25,550 bases of DNA from an uncultured archaeon (GCA_964589775.1 CAZPUN010000008.1:1-25550); one strand, 5' to 3'. Positions 1 through 8,763 are shown, counted from the first letter of the stretch. Made by a program: numbers and translations. The notes: generated by a model from the sequence alone, not told the origin.

Positions 1-490
1 TGGATAGTTCTGTAAAGTCCTTTGAGTATGGGACTTCAGTGACCAGAAATTCACCTGTGGATACATCAACAAAGGCAATTCCTATTTTTTTACTTCCGAA
101 ACTGATTGCTGCGAGATAATTGTTTGCACTCTGCTCTAACATATTTTCTTCAATAATGGTTCCGGGAGTTACAACCCGTATGACTCCTCGCTTTACTACT
201 TTCTTGGATTTCGATGGTTCCTCTAATTGCTCAGCGATCGCGACTTTGTATCCTGCCTTGACTAATTTACTCAAATATGAGTCTAATGCATGATATGGAA
301 TACCACACATTGGCCATTCGGTTTCGCCTTCGCCTCTCCGAGTAAGAACAATATTTAGGATTTTTGATGCTATTTTCGCATCTTCATTAAACATTTCATA
401 AAAGTCGCCAAGCCTGAATAATAATATTGCATCTTTATATTTCTGCTTTATTTGCATATACTGACGCATCATGGGTGTTAAACGTGGCAT
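1..490 (-). CDS. mutS: DNA mismatch repair protein MutS (MutS1), N-terminal part; runs off the window edge
   Basis: Not in the ORF track because it is truncated. Manual translation from ATG at 490 gives [39 protein letters not shown]...[29 protein letters not shown]...VIRVVTPGT, containing the domain I GDFYE mismatch-binding motif. GTGAGGT RBS upstream. Confidence 0.97.
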   Translation of the reverse strand, partial: MPRLTPMMRQYMQIKQKYKDAILLFRLGDFYEMFNEDAKIASKILNIVLTRRGEGETEWPMCGIPYHALDSYLSKLVKAGYKVAIAEQLEEPSKSKKVVKRGVIRVVTPGTIIEENMLEQSANNYLAAISFGSKKIGIAFVDVSTGEFLVTEVPYSKDFTELS

Positions 491-563
491 TGTATCGATG
501 ACCTCACAAAAATAACATATCTCTCTCTCTATTAATCTTCGTATTATTTTTCTATAGATTTGT

Positions 564-1454
564 TCATTTTAACATCTTCTTCATTCGTAGTATGATCCTG
601 TTCGATATTTCTTTTACAGCCTCTGTAAAATCGCTAAATTCAAGCACGTAAACGCCAGCTTTTCTTGCTAGTTCTACAATATAATCTTGAATTTTCCTTG
701 CAATTTGAAATTCCTTTTCACGAATGCTCAGATCCTTTGATACTGTTTTTAGCTCGCCTCTAATGCTTTTTCCAATAAACATAGATTTGTGTAGTTCGTA
801 TGGTGGATGTACAATATATTCGATTATATTATCCTTATGTTCTATTTCTCCAAGTTCTCCTGGAATAATATGGACACCCTCAAGAATTGCTGTCGTTCCT
901 TCTGAAATTATTCTTTCGATATATGATCTTACACTTCCCATTACTATTTTCGATTGTGCGACATATCCTTGGATTACTGGATCTACATCTGGCTCTAATT
1001 TCTTTAGATATTTGTAAGCTTGATATGTATGACAGTATAACTCAGGAACGTTTTCCTTGCTCAATTGTGCTCTAAGTACTTGTCGAAGCGTGTCCGTACC
1101 CATAATTCTGGTGCTGGTCAATCTATATGCCATTGCAGCAGTTACCATTGATTTTCCTGTTCCACTTGCGCCTCCCAATATTAGAATTATTGGCTCTGAA
1201 ATTTTATCTGTTGCCCTAGCATTTTTGAAATCCACAATTGTTTGATATGCGTCTTTAGTTTGTCCAGATAAACTATCTAAAATATAATTATCTACCTGCC
1301 TAAATGACTTTATTTCATTTGTCTTGATCAATATGTCAAGATCTGCTAAAATTAATTCGATATCTTTGGGTATCACACCTGCCAGTAATAAAGAACCTCG
1401 AATTACATCAGGAATATATAACATGTCGTGACCATTTAATTTCAGAGTTGGCAT
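564..1454 (-). CDS. pgk2: 2-phosphoglycerate kinase family protein with degenerate N-terminal ATP-cone-like region
   Basis: Walker [10 protein letters not shown], followed by [19 protein letters not shown] and [14 protein letters not shown]-type motifs typical of archaeal 2PGK. GGTGG RBS. Confidence 0.8.
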   Translation of the reverse strand: MPTLKLNGHDMLYIPDVIRGSLLLAGVIPKDIELILADLDILIKTNEIKSFRQVDNYILDSLSGQTKDAYQTIVDFKNARATDKISEPIILILGGASGTGKSMVTAAMAYRLTSTRIMGTDTLRQVLRAQLSKENVPELYCHTYQAYKYLKKLEPDVDPVIQGYVAQSKIVMGSVRSYIERIISEGTTAILEGVHIIPGELGEIEHKDNIIEYIVHPPYELHKSMFIGKSIRGELKTVSKDLSIREKEFQIARKIQDYIVELARKAGVYVLEFSDFTEAVKEISNRIILRMKKMLK

Positions 1455-1531
1455 TAGACCACCGTATAGAACATAAAAAGCCTACTCTATATATATTTTC
1501 ACATGGTTTTGATGTTCGAAACAAAAGAGAG

Positions 1532-1566
1532 CAGGTGAGCGAAGATTTTGGCTCCGACCTCACCTG
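1532..1566 (-). terminator. Hairpin in the ssb 3' region followed by a pyrimidine/T-rich tract (putative terminator or stability element)
   Basis: Perfect 8-bp inverted repeat CAGGTGAG (1532-1539) / CTCACCTG (1559-1566). On the minus strand it is followed by CTCTCTTTTGTTT. Confidence 0.5.
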
Positions 1567-1590
1567 TGTATTTAAATTATTCTTTATGTT

Positions 1591-2100
1591 TTATCTACGT
1601 CTATAGCCGCCACTACGTGAGTGTCGTCTATTGTTTCTCTTCCAGCTTGGTGTGTCTGAGTTATAGCCGCCACCATAGGAAGAACTGAATCGTCGTCGTG
1701 AAAATCTTCTTGGTTGTTCGTATTCTTCTTCGCTCACATTGTTCTCTAGGTTGACTTCTTCAATTTCCTCGTCTGAGGCAGTTAATTCTCCGTATTTTCC
1801 GACATTCAATCGAATGTTACCTTTGAAGAGATTTACATAGCCATTATTGATTCTGTATGTGTGGTCTTTTTCAACCATATCGATTGCATCATCCCAGAGC
1901 GTTAATACAACAACTCCGGTTGAATCTCCCACTGTTGCTTCAGTTACTCTGTGGGTATTTCCATCATTTCTTGAGGTAACTTCTCTTTCTTCACCAAGTT
2001 CAACTACTTTTACAGTTAAATTGACGTGTTTACTTCTGGGCGTAAGCTCAGCAACGGTCACGTCAGTTGTTTCGACTTCAGTATCGCTCATTTTACTCAT
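1591..2100 (-). CDS. ssb: Single-stranded DNA-binding protein, single OB-fold (crenarchaeal SSB/RPA-like) with acidic then Arg/Ser/Gly-rich tail
   Basis: VNLTVKVVELGE...VTEATVGDSTGVVVLTLWD...YRINNGYVNLFKGNIRLNVGKYG matches the single-OB archaeal SSB pattern. Confidence 0.9.
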   Translation of the reverse strand: MSKMSDTEVETTDVTVAELTPRSKHVNLTVKVVELGEEREVTSRNDGNTHRVTEATVGDSTGVVVLTLWDDAIDMVEKDHTYRINNGYVNLFKGNIRLNVGKYGELTASDEEIEEVNLENNVSEEEYEQPRRFSRRRFSSSYGGGYNSDTPSWKRNNRRHSRSGGYRRR

Positions 2101-2211
2101 TCTTCCGTGTATATATGAGAATTAACCAATCCTCGACGTGCCCTCGCGCCTAAAAAATCGGTACGTAGCTCGGTTGTGATCGGTTAATCGTAACTATATT
2201 ATCGAACAATA

Positions 2212-2224
2212 GTATATAACCTTA
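2212..2224 (-). promoter_or_regulatory. Putative BRE/TATA promoter of ssb
   Basis: Minus strand reads AAGG-TTATATAC, which predicts a transcription start near 2190. Confidence 0.5.
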
Positions 2225-2403
2225 ATGTATTGGCACTCAAGATTTAGTGTATGTTTTCTTTAATTTATATTTTACAAATTTAATTTTTATTACTCTAAAA
2301 ATGGTTATTTTTAAAAATAAATTGATTAAATCAAAAAAATTATTAAGAAAAATGATAATAACCTAACATGCATTTGGTCCTGATATTGAGGAGGCGAAAC
2401 TTA

Positions 2404-3279
2404 TTGTTGGAAACAAGTGAAACAGGTCTTGTTTCTCAAATTTCAGAAGTAATTTCACAAACTTTTTCAATTTGGATTAATAATCTTCTGATATTTGGGT
2501 TAGTTGGTGTAATATATGCTATTATTATGGTTCCTATTTGGGGTCAAGTTTCTCTGATGTTAGTAGATGCAATATTACAATTACATACTTTGATACCTAT
2601 GAATTTTGTAGGCACATTCCTGTATGCGTATTACAGTATACCAGCCGGCATTTTTGAGCCATTATTATTCTCTACACTATTTGGTGTTTCATTATTTGGC
2701 ATGTTGCTAAAATCATATTTTATTGCCGTGATCATATCTTACGTGATTAATAAATCTCTTGATAATCCTGTAAATATTAGTAGTATATTTAAAGTTCATA
2801 TTGGGACTATACTGAAAATTTTTGGTGTGCTCTTAATCCTTGAGGTAATGCTTGAACAATTTCTATTACAGATTCCAATATTTTATATGCAATCTCTTCA
2901 AACTTCAGATCCTTTGTACTTATTACACATGACATTCTCTTTTGCAATACTTATTATAATTGCAATCTTTGTACTTTACCTTAAAACCCGCTTTTATGTA
3001 ACTCATGCAGCTATTGTTGATAATAAAGGCTTTTTAGAATCATTTGGAGAAAGTTGGAATTATACAAATGGACGCATAATATTGACATTCGCTGTATTCC
3101 TAATAGTCTATTTAATAATTTATTTAATTAACACGGTATTCTCTACAATTAACTCAACGCTTAATATTCTTGGTTTGTCAATACTTCAGATAATAACAGT
3201 TCCTTTAGGTTACTTCTTAATATTTGCTCTAAGTTATATACCAATTGCTGTTCTGTATATGTATTTCAAAAATATGTAA
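2404..3279 (+). CDS. Polytopic membrane protein of unknown function (about 6-7 TM segments)
   Basis: Long hydrophobic segments plus an 'AIVDNKGFLESFGESWNYTNGR' motif seen in common uncharacterised membrane proteins. GAGGAGG RBS at about 2388-2394 favours the TTG at 2404 over the ATG at 2368. T-tract after the stop. Confidence 0.75.
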   Translation: MLETSETGLVSQISEVISQTFSIWINNLLIFGLVGVIYAIIMVPIWGQVSLMLVDAILQLHTLIPMNFVGTFLYAYYSIPAGIFEPLLFSTLFGVSLFGMLLKSYFIAVIISYVINKSLDNPVNISSIFKVHIGTILKIFGVLLILEVMLEQFLLQIPIFYMQSLQTSDPLYLLHMTFSFAILIIIAIFVLYLKTRFYVTHAAIVDNKGFLESFGESWNYTNGRIILTFAVFLIVYLIIYLINTVFSTINSTLNILGLSILQIITVPLGYFLIFALSYIPIAVLYMYFKNM

Positions 3280-3674
3280 TTTTTTCTTTTCCCTATTTTT
3301 TTAGCCGCCGTAATTAAATATAGTTTTTGAGATAGTATAGAATAAATGATTTCGAATTTGAAAAATTGTTTGTTCGTAATATTTTTGTTTTTTGAATGAT
3401 TTTATGTTCTTGCCAAAGATGTGAGAATACATAGATTTTGAAAGCAGTGACGAATCGTTAAATGTTCACTGATCATGTATGTATAAAATATTAAATCAAG
3501 TATTTTGAGGATTTAAAATGGGGTGCGACTTGGATACATCGCATCCAAAAAGAATCTCAGAAAAATTTAAATGATAACCAAAGATCCTTTGTCGAGATAC
3601 GTCAAATATATGCACGGAATGGCTATCGCAATGTAACCTAGGCAGGAACCTTATTTTTCAATATAGAGGGTGTG

Positions 3675-4970
3675 TCAGTTTTTAAAATGTTCTATCATTT
3701 CAGATAAGATCTCTTTTACATTAATACTTGGTAGTCCATAGGAGATAATATAGATTTTTCCAAGATTTAGCATAAATATATGTCCCTTGTTTTCGGGATT
3801 TGTAGCAATTATTGCAGATTTATCGCTATATGACAAGTTATATGGAACATTCTGAACAAAATACACAGATTCCCTATTATTAAATGACATAACAAGGGTT
3901 ATACCATCCATGTTAAGGTTCCAATTCTGTGTTTGCCATGCCACAGAACCATTCTTTTTCAATACCGCCCACGCAAGTACTTCAGGATGCTTTTGCATAA
4001 ACTCTCCGACTTTCTGCGATACTAGATTAAAATCAATTGATCCATCAACACTTACAAGAGATGTCTCAATTACAACTCCAGATTTGGGAACTTGATCATT
4101 GAGAATCTTTTTGACTCTTTTCGCAATTTCAATTAGTTGCATTGCAAATCTCTTAAGTAGTCTATTTTTAGCTGGGTCACGCTCTTTCTCAACGAGATCA
4201 AAGGCCCATTTAGCGATTTCTTTGAACAAAATAAACGATTTCTCGTAATTATTAATTTCAAATTCTGCCTTTGCAGAAGCATATGCAGCTGCCATATCTG
4301 ATGGAATGATTCCCAATATTTCATCTGAAATTTTTGGAATTCGAAACTTAGGCTCGATATCTTTGGGTGCAGATTCTGGGGCTGTAATTTCTTCTTCTAC
4401 GATTTTTGATACACTTTTTGATACGCTTTCTGTAATAGATTCTTCAGAATGAGGTTCTTCCAGAGCTGGAAGCGAACTTATACTTTCATCAGGAATTGGA
4501 GACGCCATACTAGACGCACTAAGTGCAGCAACAGATTCTGTAGCTTGCTGTGTTTCATGTATTTTCTCCAAAGATATTGGTGAGGATGTTCCATGAGATT
4601 CTATAGTCGAAGTCTTTTCAGATTCCATCCTTTTTCTTAATTCACGAGCATATATTTCTTTTACAGCCTCTCCGATAATTCGTGCCTGAGAGACAAATTC
4701 TTTTAAGCGTTCAAAGAGTACTTCCTGAATTGATTCATCATCGATCTCTGAGATTATGTCATGTATATCGCTTGCGATTGCAATAGCTTGTAATGTGAAT
4801 TCTTTGAACTTTCGTATGTTATTTTGTTCCAAGTTATCTATTCCACGCTGGAAGGCAGAATTCATAATATTTACTTTATACTGGACAAGTTTTCGAAGTT
4901 TAAAGTCCCCTAAGTCGGTTATCTCCATCGTATGTTTTCGAGCCAATTTAATTACGCGTTCGTAAGACAG
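3675..4970 (-). CDS. Multidomain protein: MIT-like bundle, Ser/Glu/Pro-rich linker, second MIT-like bundle, C-terminal Asgard-type profilin domain
   Basis: The C-terminal ~120 aa (LAWAVLKKNGSVAWQTQNWNL...VQNVPY...IIATNPENKGHIF) carry the QTxNW and TN-x3-KGH motifs of Asgard profilins. aa ~217-284 (AYASAKAEFEINNYEKSFILFKEIAKWAFDLVEKERDPAKNRLLKRFAMQLIEIAKRVK) follow the MIT pattern. The ORF track starts at TTG 4946; an in-frame CTG at 4970 lies 7 nt after GGGAGG. Confidence 0.75.
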   Translation of the reverse strand: MSYERVIKLARKHTMEITDLGDFKLRKLVQYKVNIMNSAFQRGIDNLEQNNIRKFKEFTLQAIAIASDIHDIISEIDDESIQEVLFERLKEFVSQARIIGEAVKEIYARELRKRMESEKTSTIESHGTSSPISLEKIHETQQATESVAALSASSMASPIPDESISSLPALEEPHSEESITESVSKSVSKIVEEEITAPESAPKDIEPKFRIPKISDEILGIIPSDMAAAYASAKAEFEINNYEKSFILFKEIAKWAFDLVEKERDPAKNRLLKRFAMQLIEIAKRVKKILNDQVPKSGVVIETSLVSVDGSIDFNLVSQKVGEFMQKHPEVLAWAVLKKNGSVAWQTQNWNLNMDGITLVMSFNNRESVYFVQNVPYNLSYSDKSAIIATNPENKGHIFMLNLGKIYIISYGLPSINVKEILSEMIEHFKN

Positions 4971-5411
4971 TTTTTAGCCTCCCAGCCGTGATAACTTGGA
5001 AAAATACTTTCCTATTTTAAATTTGAAATATAATTTATTAAAGTTTACTATTTTTAAAAAAATGTAAATACAAAATTATGAATTAAATAAAAAGTTATTC
5101 TCAATCTATCATTTTTATAGTATGAAGGTTCGAAAATTGCACGTAGTATTGATATAAATCACGAGCAATTACAATAGCGAAACCAATTTGATGATTTTAA
5201 ATGAAAAATGTATTCAGATATATTCAAAAAGTTATCATATGATAAGCAGAGCGACACATAAAACATTGTATGTTCAATAAAAATGCTTACAAAATTTAGG
5301 GTTTTTAATAAAATATATACCTGAAAACCCAAAAACAATTGAAAAAAATATATTAGATGCAAGAACTTATCTATGTATTTTTCATATTATATAATGGAGG
5401 GATCCAAAAAA

Positions 5412-5669
5412 ATGAAAGTTTTGAAGCAAAATAGGCGCTCAGAGGAATTTATCCCTGAGAAAATCGTAGCGAGCATTGTAAAAGCAGGGGCACCAGTTGA
5501 AATAGCACGCGAAATAGCAAAGCATGCTGAAGAAAAATTCTCTTCAGTACCAGAAGTTCGAAGTGAAGAAATTCGCGAATTTACACTTTCTGAATTAAAA
5601 GAAAGACATTCAGAAGCATATGAGAACTGGGTTTCGTATGAACGCCTCGTAAAGAAAAAATTCGAGTGA
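5412..5669 (+). CDS. Stand-alone ATP-cone domain protein
   Basis: MKVLKQNRRSEEFIPEKIVASIVKAGA...VRSEEIREFTLSELK is the ATP-cone pattern. GGAGG RBS precedes the ATG at 5412. Confidence 0.88.
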   Translation: MKVLKQNRRSEEFIPEKIVASIVKAGAPVEIAREIAKHAEEKFSSVPEVRSEEIREFTLSELKERHSEAYENWVSYERLVKKKFE

Positions 5670-5673
5670 AAAA

Positions 5674-5708
5674 GCTGAGTGAAATATCTCAGCATTTTTT
5701 TATTTTTG
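5674..5708. terminator. Hairpin plus T-tract between convergent ATP-cone and dodecin genes
   Basis: GCTGAG (5674-5679) / CTCAGC (5688-5693), flanked by an A-run on the left and T-runs on the right, so potentially bidirectional. Confidence 0.55.
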
Positions 5709-5709
5709 A

Positions 5710-5907
5710 TTACTCGACTACAAATGCTATTTTTACGTTTGCTCGATATCCAACGATTTTATTGTCTTTGATCTTTGCGGTAAAATGAATTACATCGAGA
5801 CCAACAATGTTTTTGATAGTTTCAGATGCCTTATCAATTGCATTCTTAGCAGCCTCTTCCCAAGAATTTGGGGACTCACCAATTAGTTCAATTACTTTAA
5901 CAACCAT
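5710..5907 (-). CDS. Dodecin family (flavin/CoA-binding) protein
   Basis: KVIELIGESPNSWEEAAKNAIDKASETIKNI...YRANVKIAF is the dodecin signature. AGGAG RBS before ATG 5907. Confidence 0.93.
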   Translation of the reverse strand: MVVKVIELIGESPNSWEEAAKNAIDKASETIKNIVGLDVIHFTAKIKDNKIVGYRANVKIAFVVE

Positions 5908-6005
5908 GAAATCCACTCCTTAATTTTGTAAATATAGTATAAGATTTTGACTTAAAAAGCGTTATGGATAAAAAATTACAAAAAAGAAAAATAAAAAGAT
6001 GTAGA

Positions 6006-6896
6006 TTATTTTCTCTGCATTTGTAGTTCAAAAGCTCGAACAACATTTTTCATGAGCATAGCAATTGTCATAGGGCCTACTCCGCCGGGAACGGGAGTTA
6101 TACATTTTACTTTACCTTTTAGATTTTCAAAATCCGCATCACCATACGGAGTAGCTACATCAATTACAATAGCATCTTCGCGAACCATGTCTTCAGTGAT
6201 ATAGAACGGGTCGTTCTCGGATCTTCTTCTGCCAATAGCAGTGACAAGTATATCTGCCTGCTTTGTGAAATGCTTAAGATCTTTGGTTTTTGAATGGCAC
6301 ATTGTGACAGTAGCATTTCGATTTAACATCAAGAACAAAAGCGGCTTACCCACAATCATAGAACGATTAATTATGACAACATGCTTACCTTGAATTTCAA
6401 TATTTGATGCTTCTAATAATGTAATAATTCCTTTTGGAGTAGCAGCTACGAGATCTTCTTTTCCAATTACAAGATTATATACATTCATAGGATGAAATCC
6501 ATCAACGTCCTTTATTGGATCGATTGCCTGAATTACTTTGTTTTCATCAATATGCTTGGGCAGGGGTAGTTGAACAAGAATTCCAGTGACATTTTCATCC
6601 GCATTAAGGTCTGATATGATTTTAAGGAGCTCATCTTCAGATATTGTTGCAGGGAGTTCAATGTTCTTGGATTCAACACCGATTTTTGCACAGGATTTAT
6701 GTTTCATACGAACATACATCTTTGAGCCTTCATCATCGCCTACGAGAACTGTTGCAAGGTTTGGTACTCGCCCGTATTTTTCCTTTAATTGCTCAACTTG
6801 AACTTTTAATTCCTTGAGATAGCGATTTCGTAATCTTCTACCCTTCATCACGCCATCTTCACAAATAGGTTTCAATTCGGTTTCTGACACTTTCAT
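6006..6896 (-). CDS. folD: Bifunctional methylenetetrahydrofolate dehydrogenase/cyclohydrolase
   Basis: YVRMK (YxxxK), GILVQLPLP, KDVDGFHP, NRSMIVGKP and ITPVPGGVGPMTIAML motifs. GGAGGT RBS. Confidence 0.97.
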   Translation of the reverse strand: MKVSETELKPICEDGVMKGRRLRNRYLKELKVQVEQLKEKYGRVPNLATVLVGDDEGSKMYVRMKHKSCAKIGVESKNIELPATISEDELLKIISDLNADENVTGILVQLPLPKHIDENKVIQAIDPIKDVDGFHPMNVYNLVIGKEDLVAATPKGIITLLEASNIEIQGKHVVIINRSMIVGKPLLFLMLNRNATVTMCHSKTKDLKHFTKQADILVTAIGRRRSENDPFYITEDMVREDAIVIDVATPYGDADFENLKGKVKCITPVPGGVGPMTIAMLMKNVVRAFELQMQRK

Positions 6897-6935
6897 ACCT
6901 CCATAAAATAAAAGAAAAAGGTGAGAAATTCCTCT

Positions 6936-8528
6936 TTAGAATACACCCTGAATGTTTCCGTCTTCATCAATATACATTCGCCATGCTGCTGGCTCCTTTG
7001 GAAGTCCGGGAATCAATTGGATATCGCCCATGATTGGTACTACGAAACCAGCACCCGCGCTGTAGAAAATATCACGAACAGTTACGGTAAAGCCTTTTGG
7101 ACGACCTAATAGTTTGGGATTATCTGATAGAGATAGTTGTGTCTTCGATACACATATTGGGACATTCTTACCGCCACGCTTCTCAATTGAGCGAATCTTT
7201 GCCTTAACTCCGGAAGCAAATTCTACACCATCAGCACCGTAGATAGTTTTGGCAACTTTCTCAATTTTTGTTGCAATATCGTCTTCAAGGTCGTATGTGT
7301 ACTTGAATTCATATGGCTTCTCTACGGCTTCGAGAACTTTATTCGCAAGGTCAATTCCGCCTTCGCCACCTTTCTCAAATACCTCAGAAATTGCAGCAAG
7401 AGCACCCTTGCTTTCAGCATACTTTGCAACAGCATCGAGGTCTTCCTTAGTATCATCTGGGAATTTGTTTACTGCTACTACTACAGGAGCACCAAAGCTC
7501 TTAATAATGTCAATGGCAGCGCCAAGATTTTCCAATCCTGCCTGAAGATCTCCATTGCCATGATGCTTGATTGCACGTACAGAACCAACAACTACAACGG
7601 CATCGGGCTTATAGCCACCAACACGAGTGACAATATTCATGAATTTCTCAGCACCAAGATCTGCACCAAAGCCGCTTTCGGTCACCACGTAATCTGCAAG
7701 TCTCAAGGCTAAGTCGGTTGCAACAACACTATTTGTACCATGTGCAATATTCGCAAAAGGTCCCGCATGTACAAAGGCAGGATAACCTTCAGTGGTTTGT
7801 ACAAGGTTGGGTTTTAATGCATCTTTCAAGAGCACAGTCATTGCACCATCTGCCTTAAGATCACCAGCAGTAATAACCTTCTTATGGCCTCGAGCAACTT
7901 CAATTTTCTTAATTCGTTCTCGTAGATCATTATAGTCCTTTGAGAGAGCCAAAATTGCCATAATCTCAGATGCTGCAGTAATTACAAATCCATCTTCACG
8001 TGGATAACCATTTCCACGACCGCCAAGCGCAATAACAATTTGACGAAGAGCACGGTCGTTTTGATCAATAGCTCTCTTCCATGAAATGCGTCTCACATCA
8101 ATTCCAAGTTCGTTTCCATGATGAACGTGAGCATCAATCATTGCAGCAAGGAGATCATGTGCAGAAGTAACAGCATGCATATCACCAGTAAAGTGAAGAT
8201 TAATATCTTCAGAAGGTAAAACTCGGGACTTTCCACCACCAGTTGCGCCACCTTTAACACCAAAAACAGGACCAAGAGATGGCTCACGCAATGCAACAAT
8301 GGTCTTTTTGTTCAATTTATTTAATGCTTGTGATAAACCAATTGAAGTTGTAGTTTTTCCTTCACCATATTTTGTTGGTGTCATAGCGGTAACAAGAATT
8401 AGTTTGGCTTTTCTATCGCCAAGTTTCTTTCTAATGTTTAAATCAATTTTAGCTTTATACTTTCCATAAAGTTCAAGATATTCATCGTCAATACCGATTG
8501 ACTTTGCAATTTCAGAGATATGTTTCAT
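6936..8528 (-). CDS. fhs: Formate--tetrahydrofolate ligase
   Basis: TPTKYGEGKTT, ALREPSLGPVFGVKGGATGGG, INLHFTGDMHA, HAGPFANIAHG and TESGFGADLGAEKF motifs. ATG 8528 is preferred over TTG 8543. Confidence 0.98.
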   Translation of the reverse strand: MKHISEIAKSIGIDDEYLELYGKYKAKIDLNIRKKLGDRKAKLILVTAMTPTKYGEGKTTTSIGLSQALNKLNKKTIVALREPSLGPVFGVKGGATGGGKSRVLPSEDINLHFTGDMHAVTSAHDLLAAMIDAHVHHGNELGIDVRRISWKRAIDQNDRALRQIVIALGGRGNGYPREDGFVITAASEIMAILALSKDYNDLRERIKKIEVARGHKKVITAGDLKADGAMTVLLKDALKPNLVQTTEGYPAFVHAGPFANIAHGTNSVVATDLALRLADYVVTESGFGADLGAEKFMNIVTRVGGYKPDAVVVVGSVRAIKHHGNGDLQAGLENLGAAIDIIKSFGAPVVVAVNKFPDDTKEDLDAVAKYAESKGALAAISEVFEKGGEGGIDLANKVLEAVEKPYEFKYTYDLEDDIATKIEKVAKTIYGADGVEFASGVKAKIRSIEKRGGKNVPICVSKTQLSLSDNPKLLGRPKGFTVTVRDIFYSAGAGFVVPIMGDIQLIPGLPKEPAAWRMYIDEDGNIQGVF

Positions 8529-8763
8529 AGCATTTCCCACCAATCATTTGTTTGCACGATACAAAAACGTTCACACATTCAAAAGCTTTTCCTTTGTATC
8601 GGAATTTTTCTCCCAGAACGCAAACATTTTTTCATATATTTTTCTCTACCCCCTAGGTCCCCTACTATGAATAAATACTAGATACAAAAATTTAATACTT
8701 CATCAATTTTTTAAGTGCAAAAGAGCATGTTTTGTACCAGTCAAATAAAGGAAGGTAATCCAT

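Noticed and set aside
1532-1566. 3' hairpin as a possible SECIS element
   Set aside because: No GA-quartet or archaeal GAA/A core, and no in-frame TGA candidate in ssb or neighbouring genes; the hydrogenase has Cys at all ligand positions.
4990-5400. AT-rich gap as a possible replication origin, and ORF 5159-5362
   Set aside because: No ORB-like repeats and no adjacent orc1/cdc6 gene. The region is explained by divergent promoters, and the ORF has low-complexity composition and no RBS.
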